NCBI GenBank assembly: GCA_964454815.1
Contig: CAYVXJ010000009.1
Span: 29,775-93,774 of the forward strand
Direction: 5' to 3'
Source: an uncultured Candidatus Cloacimonadota bacterium
Lineage (GTDB): Bacteria > Cloacimonadota > Cloacimonadia > Cloacimonadales > Cloacimonadaceae
Length of the DNA stretch: 64,000 nt
Shown here: positions 56,055 to 64,000 of the stretch, one piece after another
Numbering within the stretch: position 1 is the first letter of the stretch
Layout: every line of letters begins with the position of its first letter
Made by a program: the position numbers and the translations under genes
Notes under the pieces: model-generated
Seen by the model: only the letters and a program-made list of their open reading frames with translations
Told to the model about the DNA's origin: nothing
The model's database searches: none

Positions 56055-57323
56055 TCAGATCAATCCGTCGGCATAGAGAGTATTCGGGATGATGCTGATC
56101 AGCTCGCCTTGGGGATGGATCGTGGAGGCGTAAGCGCGGATAAAGTGATCCGAAAGAAAGGTAGAGACTCCGCCTTCGCTGTGTTCGACGATGCCGCGGA
56201 GCGGGACTTGATCCTCGATCAGTAGCCGCATGTAGCTTTGACGCTTTTGCTCCGCCAGGTCGATCAGGATATTGGCTCGGGTCTGTTTGGTCTGGCTGTC
56301 GATCTGACCGGGCATAGTCGCTGCGGGAGTTCCCTTGCGTTTGGAATAAGAAAAGACGTGCAGGTAGCAGAAGTCCAGTTCGCTGAGGAAGTTCACGGTC
56401 TCGCGGAATTCATCCTCCGTCTCACCCGGGAAACCCGCTATTACATCAAATCCGATGGCAGCAAAAGGGATCTGCGCATGAATGCGGGAGACCAGCTCCC
56501 GGACTACGGAAGTCCCATATACACGTTTCATGCGTTTGAGGACGCTATCCGAGCCGGATTGCAATGCTATATGAAAATGCGGAGCGAGCTTTGGCGATGC
56601 CTGAACTGCATCGAGTAAGCGCGCATTGAAAAGCTGAGGTTCGAGGGAACTGAGGCGGACGATCTCCAAACCGGGGATCTGGTCAAAAGCCCTTATCACC
56701 TCGGTCAGGTCGTGTTCATTATCCCGGTAAAGCCCGAGGTTCACGCCTCCGAGGACTATCTCTTTATAGCCATTGGCGACAAAGAGCTTTGCCTGAGATA
56801 CGACATCTTCGAGTCTGGCGCTGCGGATATGCCCCCGGGCGTAGGGAACGGCGCAATAGCTGCAATAGTAATCACAGCCGTCTTGGATCTTCTGGAAGGC
56901 GCGGCTGCGCTCCCCCATCCCCTGCTGCGGGACGTAGTGAAAGTCCTTTGCCTGCATGATGTCCATAAAGTCATATTCTCCGCCTTCAAGGAGCGACGGA
57001 ATGTCCAGCTTTGCCTGATTATCGATCACGAGGTCGATATCTCCAAGACTCATGACTTCATCCTTGCTCCGCTGAGAGTAACATCCTGTGACGACGATGC
57101 GGACAGACGGGTCTTGTTTCTTTCTTTCCAGTGCCTTGCGGATGTAATACCTGCTCTTGTAGTCCGTGCGGTTGGTCACCGTGCAGGTATTGATCAGGTA
57201 GAGATCTGCTTCTTCGCCGGGATCTACGAGAGTGTACTTTGCGGGATCGAGAGCACCGATGATCGATGCGGATTCGGCTTGGTTGGTCTTGCAGCCAAGG
57301 GTCGTGACGGATACTCTGATCAT
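56055..57323 (-). CDS. mtaB: Radical SAM methylthiotransferase, MtaB-like (MiaB/RimO family)
   Basis: TLGCKTNQAES, INTCTVT and CSYCAVPYARG motifs. 422 aa. The choice of subfamily is an inference. Confidence 0.7.
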   Translation of the reverse strand: MIRVSVTTLGCKTNQAESASIIGALDPAKYTLVDPGEEADLYLINTCTVTNRTDYKSRYYIRKALERKKQDPSVRIVVTGCYSQRSKDEVMSLGDIDLVIDNQAKLDIPSLLEGGEYDFMDIMQAKDFHYVPQQGMGERSRAFQKIQDGCDYYCSYCAVPYARGHIRSARLEDVVSQAKLFVANGYKEIVLGGVNLGLYRDNEHDLTEVIRAFDQIPGLEIVRLSSLEPQLFNARLLDAVQASPKLAPHFHIALQSGSDSVLKRMKRVYGTSVVRELVSRIHAQIPFAAIGFDVIAGFPGETEDEFRETVNFLSELDFCYLHVFSYSKRKGTPAATMPGQIDSQTKQTRANILIDLAEQKRQSYMRLLIEDQVPLRGIVEHSEGGVSTFLSDHFIRAYASTIHPQGELISIIPNTLYADGLI

Positions 57324-57931
57324 TGGCAGTGAAGTGAGTTCAAGTAAGCAATGATGGTCTTGCCGTAGAGGCTGTGTTCTTGCTTCAGGACGGCTTCGGC
57401 GATCTCTTCTGGACTGGAAAGCGCGCTGATATCGACCTTCGCCTGAGCAATGATCTCACCGTGGTCATACAAGGGATCGACTCTGTGGACCGTAGCGCCG
57501 GAGACTTTCTCTCCCGCTTCAAAGACGGCACGATGGACGTTCATTCCATACATCCCCTGCCCGCCAAAGCTCGGGAGAATTGCGGGATGGATGTTGAGGA
57601 TCGGAACTTCGCAAGCGGAAATGAACTGCGGAGACAATTGCCGCATGAAGCCCGCCAAGGCGATCAGTTCCACTCCGCAAGCACGGATCAAGGGAAGAAG
57701 ATGGCTCTCAAAAGTCGCCATGTTCGTCCCGGAGATAAACTGACAGGGGATGCCCAGTTCGGCGCAGACTTCTTTGACCGGGGCATTACGTCGGGTGATC
57801 ACTGCCAAGGCGATCTCAGCCGGGGAGCCTGCCTCGCGAAAGGAGCTATGGATAGCCCGGAGGTTCGAACCTCGGCTGAGACCACTGGTCAAGACTGCTA
57901 TTCGGTGAGTTTTAGGTGTAGCTCTTTCCAT
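57320..57931 (-). CDS. purN: Phosphoribosylglycinamide formyltransferase
   Basis: IAVLTSG..GSNL, LAGFMR and [12 protein letters not shown] motifs. The start overlaps the aspS 3' end by 34 nt, so the start is uncertain. Confidence 0.85.
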   Translation of the reverse strand: MERATPKTHRIAVLTSGLSRGSNLRAIHSSFREAGSPAEIALAVITRRNAPVKEVCAELGIPCQFISGTNMATFESHLLPLIRACGVELIALAGFMRQLSPQFISACEVPILNIHPAILPSFGGQGMYGMNVHRAVFEAGEKVSGATVHRVDPLYDHGEIIAQAKVDISALSSPEEIAEAVLKQEHSLYGKTIIAYLNSLHCQ

Positions 57932-59679
57932 GAAAGGTCGGGAACTGTGCTCGGAGCCTGAGACATCAGGTCTGTCGCTTTGAGGGTCTTGGGGAATGCG
58001 ATGACGTCACGAATGGATTCCGCACCGGTCATGATCATGACCAGTCTGTCCAGTCCGGGGGCGATCCCGCCATGAGGCGGAGTTCCATACTTCAGCGCTT
58101 CGAGGAAGAAGCCAAAGCGCTCCTTGAGCTCCTCTTCGCTAAAACCGAGGACGTCAAAGATCTGCCTTTGGATGTCATAGCGATGACAACGGATGCTGCC
58201 CGAGGACAGTTCCATCCCGTTGCAGACGAGATCATAAAGCTGACCGAGGATCTGCCCGATCTTGTCCTTTTGGGTCAACCAGGGGATGTGATCCTCACGG
58301 GGCAGGGTAAACATGTGGTGCGCGGGTTCCCAGGCTTTCGCTTCGGCATTCCAGGCGAAGAGCGGGAAATCTGTTATCCACACAAAAGCGTAAGTATCGG
58401 GACTGATAAGGGACTGATCCTTGGCGAGCTGATTGCGCACCGCGGACAATATCTTGCAGCTCATATCCCAGCTATCTGCAGCGAACATCAGCATGTCATC
58501 AGCCTGTGCCTGTGTCGCGGTAATGATCCCGCTCATCTCTTGCGGGGACAGGAACTTCGCTATACCGCCTTCGAGGGTCTCTCCGGCGCATTTGGCAAAG
58601 GCAAGTCCTTTACCGCCGTTGTGTTTGGCAAGCTCGACCAAGGCGTCCTGCTGTTTGCGGGAAAGGCTTCCGCCGCCTTTGACGACGATAGCTTTGACGA
58701 CTCCGCCGGAGTCAATCGCTGAGCGAAAAACGGCAAAGGTAGATGCGTTCAGGATCTCGGTCAGTTCGACCAATTCCATCCCAAAGCGGATATCTGGCTT
58801 GTCGCAGCCAAAGCGGTTCATCGCCTGTTCATAGGTCAGGCGCGGGAAAGGGGTCACGAGGTCTTTGCCCAGAACGTCTTTGAAGAGCTTCTGCATCAGG
58901 CGTTCGAGCAGATCAAAGATCTGTTCCTGAGTGGCAAAGGAAAGCTCGATATCCAGCTGAGTGAATTCCGGCTGACGATCGGCACGCAGGTCTTCATCTC
59001 TGAAGCACTTGGCGATCTGGTAATACTTGTCGAATCCGCCTATCATCAGGAGTTGCTTGAAGATCTGCGGTGATTGGGGCAGGGCGTAGAACTTACCCGG
59101 TTGGATCCGGCTGGGGACGAGATAATCACGCGCTCCTTCCGGAGTGCTGCGGATCAGGATCGGGGTCTCGATATCAAAGAAACCTTCCGAGTTCATAAAG
59201 TCCCGGATGGCACGGACTATTCTGTGCCGGGTGATAATGATCTTTTGGAGCTTCTCGCGTCTTAGGTCCAGATAGCGGTATGTCAGGCGCAGATCCTCAT
59301 CCGCGAGAGCAGCTTCATTGGTCTGGATCGGCAGGGGTAATGTATCATTCAGCACGAGGATGGAGCTCGCCTTGACTTCGACCATTCCTGTGCGCATGGT
59401 TTTGTTTACGTTGGCTTCACTCCGCAGACAGACTTCCCCGGTGATGGCTATCACGTATTCGTTGCGAACCTTTTCGGCTTTGGCAAACACTTCCGTCTGT
59501 TCCGGAGGGATCATGATCTGGAGGATGCCGGTCACGTCACGCAGATCGATAAAGATCAATCCGCCCAGGTCACGACGCTTGTGCACCCAACCCATGACCG
59601 TGACCTGTTCGCCGGCAGCACCGGCTTCGATCTCCCCGCAGTAATGTGTGCGGGTAAGATTACCCAAGATATCAAGCAT
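57898..59679 (-). CDS. aspS: Aspartate-tRNA ligase (bacterial type)
   Basis: [21 protein letters not shown] domain, class II motifs ([25 protein letters not shown]). 593 aa. Confidence 0.95.
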   Translation of the reverse strand: MLDILGNLTRTHYCGEIEAGAAGEQVTVMGWVHKRRDLGGLIFIDLRDVTGILQIMIPPEQTEVFAKAEKVRNEYVIAITGEVCLRSEANVNKTMRTGMVEVKASSILVLNDTLPLPIQTNEAALADEDLRLTYRYLDLRREKLQKIIITRHRIVRAIRDFMNSEGFFDIETPILIRSTPEGARDYLVPSRIQPGKFYALPQSPQIFKQLLMIGGFDKYYQIAKCFRDEDLRADRQPEFTQLDIELSFATQEQIFDLLERLMQKLFKDVLGKDLVTPFPRLTYEQAMNRFGCDKPDIRFGMELVELTEILNASTFAVFRSAIDSGGVVKAIVVKGGGSLSRKQQDALVELAKHNGGKGLAFAKCAGETLEGGIAKFLSPQEMSGIITATQAQADDMLMFAADSWDMSCKILSAVRNQLAKDQSLISPDTYAFVWITDFPLFAWNAEAKAWEPAHHMFTLPREDHIPWLTQKDKIGQILGQLYDLVCNGMELSSGSIRCHRYDIQRQIFDVLGFSEEELKERFGFFLEALKYGTPPHGGIAPGLDRLVMIMTGAESIRDVIAFPKTLKATDLMSQAPSTVPDLSWKELHLKLTE

Positions 59680-59690
59680 CTATTTCTCCC

Positions 59691-60758
59691 TTATTGTTGG
59701 TTAAACATCTTTATCTGTTCGTATTCCGAGTCTATGGCTTTGACCTTGTCCCCGATGAACTCGATCATGGAGCATTTGTCCAGATAAGCCTTGTCGGGAT
59801 AGATCAGCTTATTGTTCCTGATCTCCGGTTCGAGCATGTCCGCTGCTTGCTTGTTCGGCGAGGCATACTGCGTGTATTGAGCGTTGATCTTTGCGACCTC
59901 CGGATCAAGCAGGAAGTTCACGAACTTATAGGCAAGGTCTTTGCTCGAGGCAGATTTCAGGATGACCATATTGTCCATCCACATGCTGGAACCTTCCTTC
60001 GGGAGGAAGAAGCCGAGATCGGGATTGGAAGCCATCTGTTGCAAGGCATCACCGTTATAGGCTTGCGCCAGCCACGTCGTCCCATCGGGAACCTCATTCT
60101 TGTATGAGTCGGAGTCAAACTGAGTGATATTCTTGTCCCAGGTCGCCAGGACCTTTCTGGCTGCTTTCATAGCTTCATCTGATGTATCGTTGAGATTGTA
60201 GCCCGCATAGATCAGAGCAGCTCCGACGACTTCACGCGCATCGTCCAGCATCGTTATCTTATTCTTGGCTTCAAAGTGCTTGTTGGCTATGATCGACCAG
60301 CTGCTGTCGGCAACGACGCTCATAGGAACGTTCTTCTTGTTATACATCATCCCGGTGAGTCCCCAGAAATAGGGAACGGAATACTTGTTGCCGGGGTCAA
60401 AGGACTCGGCTTTTTTCAGGATCTCGGTATCGAGATTGGGGTAGTTTGAAAGCTTGGTCCTGTCAAGAGGCTCGAGCAGTTCCGCTTTGGCAAGGATAGC
60501 GACGTGATCTCCCGAGGGGAAGATGATGTCGAAAGACTCTTTGGAACTCCGCACTTTGGTCAGCATGTTCTCGTTTGAATCATAGGTGCTATACTTGATC
60601 TTGCAGTTGTTCTCTTTCTCAAATCTGGTGATGAGCTGAGGATCTATATAGTCGCTCCAGTTAAAGATATAAAGTACCTGCTGTTTCTTGCCGCAGCCGG
60701 TGAGCATCAATACCGCAAAAAGGGTAAAGATCAGAGCTATGAGGGCTATCCTTTTCAT
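59691..60758 (-). CDS. potD: Spermidine/putrescine ABC transporter substrate-binding lipoprotein
   Basis: Lipobox LTGC|GKK. YIFNWSDYI and the overall PotD/PotF pattern. 355 aa. No potABC genes are adjacent. Confidence 0.75.
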   Translation of the reverse strand: MKRIALIALIFTLFAVLMLTGCGKKQQVLYIFNWSDYIDPQLITRFEKENNCKIKYSTYDSNENMLTKVRSSKESFDIIFPSGDHVAILAKAELLEPLDRTKLSNYPNLDTEILKKAESFDPGNKYSVPYFWGLTGMMYNKKNVPMSVVADSSWSIIANKHFEAKNKITMLDDAREVVGAALIYAGYNLNDTSDEAMKAARKVLATWDKNITQFDSDSYKNEVPDGTTWLAQAYNGDALQQMASNPDLGFFLPKEGSSMWMDNMVILKSASSKDLAYKFVNFLLDPEVAKINAQYTQYASPNKQAADMLEPEIRNNKLIYPDKAYLDKCSMIEFIGDKVKAIDSEYEQIKMFNQQ

Positions 60759-60780
60759 GATATATCTCCTATGGTGTTTA

Positions 60781-62016
60781 TTATTCCTTTATTAGTTCCG
60801 TCGCCTGGGTCATCCCTTGCCGCAGGTTTACTCCCTGCAGAAGTATCCACCCCAGAACGAAGAATATGATCAAACTCAGTATGGACAGACGGATCGATCC
60901 GGTCTTATGAGCTATCCATCCATATAATATAGGACCGATTATCGCAGACAATCTCCCTGTCAAGGCATAAAATCCGAAGAACTCCGCTTGCTTGGATACC
61001 GGAGTCAGGAGAGAGAGCATCGTGCGGCTATTCGCTTGGCTCGCTCCGATAGCCAGTCCGGCAAGCAAGCCAACGAGATAATATTCGCTTGCAGTGCGGC
61101 AGAAATACGCCCAGACGACTACCCCGATCCAGATCAGCAGCGAGATGTTCAATGAGTGCTTAGCGCTGTATCTGTCGCTCAGCCAGCCAAAGAATCCAGC
61201 ACCGATGATGGAGGTGACCTGCGCGATGAGGAAGTAGTAGATCATATCTATCGTCGTCATCTTAAAACGCTGGATACCGTATATCGAAGCGAAGGCTATG
61301 ACGGTCGTGATCCCGTCATTGTAGATGAAATAGCTGACGATAAAGCGCATCAATTGCGGCAGCCTGCGGATGTTCTTCAGCGAAAAGGCTATCCGCTGAT
61401 AGGCGACGCGGTAATAGTTCGTACGTACCGACGGGCGCTTATATTCCTTCAACCAGAGCAAGGTGAAGAGCGAAAAGATAAAGAGATGCAAAGCTATCGC
61501 GGGAAAGACGTATCGCACATTCTTGCTGACCAGAACAAGGCTATATCCCAAAGAGATGAGCCCGCCCACATAACCGAGAGCCCAGCCATAGCCGGAGACC
61601 TTCCCGATATCCTCCTGCTTGGCGATGTCCGGCAAGAAAGAGTCGTAGAAGACGTTCGCGCTGTTAAAACCAAAATTGGCTATGATGAAAAAGAGCATCC
61701 CCTGAAAGACATCCCCGGCACGCACAAAATAGAGTAGAGCTGTAAAGAGCACGGTCAGATAGCAATTGATAAAGAGCATGCGCTTCTTTGCCCGGGAATA
61801 GTCCGCAACTGCGCCAAGGATCGGAGCGGAGATCGCGACCAAAGCCATAGAAATACCGATAGCCCTACCCCAGAGAAGCTCGCCATATCCCGGATCACCG
61901 ACGACCACTTTATTCACGAAATACGCGGAATAGACGACCGATACGATAATGGTAGTAAAAGCCGAATTAGCAAAGTCATACATCATCCAGCCGATGAGCC
62001 CCTTGTTCAGCTTCAT
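60781..62016 (-). CDS. MFS transporter (UMF1/Atg22-like family)
   Basis: The N-terminal GWMMYDFANSAFTTII motif is typical of UMF1. About 12 TM helices. Confidence 0.7.
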   Translation of the reverse strand: MKLNKGLIGWMMYDFANSAFTTIIVSVVYSAYFVNKVVVGDPGYGELLWGRAIGISMALVAISAPILGAVADYSRAKKRMLFINCYLTVLFTALLYFVRAGDVFQGMLFFIIANFGFNSANVFYDSFLPDIAKQEDIGKVSGYGWALGYVGGLISLGYSLVLVSKNVRYVFPAIALHLFIFSLFTLLWLKEYKRPSVRTNYYRVAYQRIAFSLKNIRRLPQLMRFIVSYFIYNDGITTVIAFASIYGIQRFKMTTIDMIYYFLIAQVTSIIGAGFFGWLSDRYSAKHSLNISLLIWIGVVVWAYFCRTASEYYLVGLLAGLAIGASQANSRTMLSLLTPVSKQAEFFGFYALTGRLSAIIGPILYGWIAHKTGSIRLSILSLIIFFVLGWILLQGVNLRQGMTQATELIKE

Positions 62017-63092
62017 TTCCGCTCTCCCATTTGCATGACCTCCAGACCGCTCCAGATATTCTTCAGCTCGGGCTTGGGGGTAGTAATGAAGACCTGATAC
62101 CTGTCCCCGATCAAATCTCTGATCACCGCGGTGTGACCCGCATCCAGCTCGGCGAAGATATCGTCAAAGAGCATGATCGGCTTGATCCCCGTCAGCTCCT
62201 CGATCAGCCTTGCCTGGATCAGCTTGATCAGGATGACCGAGACTCTCTTTTGCCCCTGCGAACTAAAGGGCTTTTGCCGGGAATCATTGAGCATAAACTC
62301 ATAGTCATCGAGATGCGGCCCGATCAACGTCCTTTGCAGGACAAACTCCTTTGGCTCAAAGCTCTTCAGCAGAGCGAGGAACTTCCCCGGATCTTCCGCG
62401 CCGGACTCCTCATCTCCCGCTGTGCTCCGGTATTCGATCCGCATTTCCCGGATAGTTTCGGACAGGGATCGGTATTCTTTTTCCAGTCGCTGATTCATAA
62501 GCTCCAGATATCGCTTGCGGAAGCTGATGACATGAAGTGCGGACTCCGTGAACCGACCGTCCCAGACCCGCTTTTCACCATTGGAAACAGATGCCTTGAG
62601 CAGGGAATTGCGTTGTTCCACAATATGCAGATATTGATGCAGGACATGGATATACTCCGGGAAGAGCTGAGAAACGGCAAGATCGAAATACTGCCTGCGG
62701 GAGCGGGGACTTCCTGATATGATGTTCAGATCCTCCGGAGCGCAATATATGACCTTGATCCTCTCCATCAGACTGCTAAGGTTGCGGATGGTCTCATTAT
62801 CTATGCGGAGAAGCTTACGCCGTTCCCCATAAGACAGCCCGATCCCTGTTTGCAGCCCGGAATCAAGACAAAAATCCGCGCTGATGCCAAACCCGGATGA
62901 GCCAAACCGCAGCAACTCCGTATCGCTATGATAGCGAATGGATTTGCCGATCCCACAGTAGGCGATAGCCTCGAGCAGATTGGTCTTTCCGCTGCCGTTA
63001 TCCCCGATTATCAGGCAACCGGCAGCGGAAAAAGCATATCTGGCTTCTGAGTAGTTTCTAAAATTCTCTAATGCGATCTGCAGGAGATGCAA
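62013..63092 (-). CDS. recF: DNA replication and repair protein RecF
   Basis: LENFRNY...GDNGSGKTNLLEAI Walker A, SQGQKR signature and LFDDIFAELD Walker B. Located directly downstream of dnaN. Confidence 0.92.
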   Translation of the reverse strand: MHLLQIALENFRNYSEARYAFSAAGCLIIGDNGSGKTNLLEAIAYCGIGKSIRYHSDTELLRFGSSGFGISADFCLDSGLQTGIGLSYGERRKLLRIDNETIRNLSSLMERIKVIYCAPEDLNIISGSPRSRRQYFDLAVSQLFPEYIHVLHQYLHIVEQRNSLLKASVSNGEKRVWDGRFTESALHVISFRKRYLELMNQRLEKEYRSLSETIREMRIEYRSTAGDEESGAEDPGKFLALLKSFEPKEFVLQRTLIGPHLDDYEFMLNDSRQKPFSSQGQKRVSVILIKLIQARLIEELTGIKPIMLFDDIFAELDAGHTAVIRDLIGDRYQVFITTPKPELKNIWSGLEVMQMGERK

Positions 63093-63096
63093 TGCG

Positions 63097-64000
63097 CTAT
63101 GACCGAAGCGGCATTAACAGGAAGGTGATTTCCTGGTTCTCGGGTTGGATCTCATTGTAGATCATCATCGGTTCTTTGGACGAGCCAAGCAGGATCTTGA
63201 CCTTTTCCGTGTCTATAACGTCCAGAATACTGAGCATGAACTTATAGTTAAAGGCAATAGAGGTCGGTGAGCCCTGGAAGCTGTAGTCATCCATAAACTG
63301 CTTCGCATCCCCGGTGTCGCGGTTGGTCGTATTGATCTCGAACTTATCCTGCTCGATCTCAAATCTGGTACGCAGGTTATCATCCGGAGCGATCAAAGCT
63401 ACGCGTTTGATAGCGGTCTTGAGTGCTTCTTTGTTGATGATCAGGCAGTTCGGAAGATCATGCATAAAGGCTTTTTGATATTCGGGATATTTATGCTCGA
63501 TGATGTGAGTGTAGATCGTATATTCGCCATAGACGAACATCATCTTGTTCTGTTCGATAACGAGCTGAAGCTCCTTGATCTGCGGATCGAAGATCTTTTG
63601 CAGGAAGTTCAAAGTCTTGACCGGGATGATCTTTTCGGTATAGCTTTCTTTATTTTCGGCGAAGATATTGTCCTCGGTCTGTTCCTGTTCGGAAGCATTA
63701 TTGCGGATAGAGCTGTTTCGCACCTTGATCTCGGCGACTTTGCGTCCATCAGTGGCTGCCATGAGATGCTCGTTCTCATGAATCTTCCAGCAAACACCGG
63801 TCAGCACGGCGCGATTCGCATCCGAAGAGACCGCAAAACTGGTCTTGGAGACCATCTTCTGGAAAAGCTCGGCATCGATTGTCACGGCATTGGTGAGGCT
63901 CGCGACGGGAAGCAAGGGGAAAAGCGAATGATCGGCGCAGAGGATCTTGAAATCGATCTTGCCGCATTGAATGATGAGCATATCCTCATTCTTCCAGATG
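63097..64000 (-). CDS. dnaN: DNA polymerase III beta sliding clamp (N-terminus outside window)
   Basis: The frame stays open upstream of Met 63981, through to the window edge. C-terminal ...ITFLLMPLRS is typical of DnaN. dnaN-recF synteny supports the call. Confidence 0.85.
   Translation of the reverse strand, partial: IWKNEDMLIIQCGKIDFKILCADHSLFPLLPVASLTNAVTIDAELFQKMVSKTSFAVSSDANRAVLTGVCWKIHENEHLMAATDGRKVAEIKVRNSSIRNNASEQEQTEDNIFAENKESYTEKIIPVKTLNFLQKIFDPQIKELQLVIEQNKMMFVYGEYTIYTHIIEHKYPEYQKAFMHDLPNCLIINKEALKTAIKRVALIAPDDNLRTRFEIEQDKFEINTTNRDTGDAKQFMDDYSFQGSPTSIAFNYKFMLSILDVIDTEKVKILLGSSKEPMMIYNEIQPENQEITFLLMPLRS

Overview
This 64-kb bacterial chromosomal window is densely coding. I found no rRNA, tRNA, CRISPR array, transposase, integrase or phage genes.

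Taxonomic guess (inference only): an FCB-superphylum organism, probably Cloacimonadota-like. The basis is five T9SS-type C-terminal sorting domains (YPNPF ... IYNLRGQ motifs) and a Bacteroidota-style V-ATPase operon (E-DUF2764-A-B-D-I-K).

Gene content, left to right:
- Two tandem FG-GAP/T9SS surface-protein paralogs; the first is cut by the window edge.
- A mannoside/N-glycan utilisation operon: an SBP-permease fusion, a giant MalG-like permease, GH38, GH20, GH130 and a CBM9-like protein.
- An ornithine/lysine decarboxylase, an Ldh_2 oxidoreductase and a porin-like OMP.
- Two paralogous T9SS cargo proteins of unknown function, then a VOC-family protein.
- A 7-gene V-type ATPase operon.
- A lipoprotein and TonB-dependent receptor pair, a GH13 enzyme and uvrA.
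- Three secreted or membrane hypothetical proteins.
- A cluster of ferredoxin-fused EtfA, an amidohydrolase, thiF and thiS.
- A long minus-strand block: queE, mobB-like, ispF, an oversized glmS-like gene, ispD, a radical SAM gene and bamA.
- A T9SS-exported M1 aminopeptidase.
- mtaB, purN, aspS, potD, an MFS transporter, recF and partial dnaN. The recF-dnaN pair suggests the window is origin-proximal.

The most unusual signal is non-coding. A composite element of about 200 bp occurs in four copies, occupying the four largest intergenic gaps. It is built from phased 11-nt tandem units and a dyad of about 40 bp per arm. The mismatches in that dyad are strand-asymmetric: G:U-compatible on one strand only.

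All protein calls rest on motifs I recognised in the supplied translations. No database search was run.
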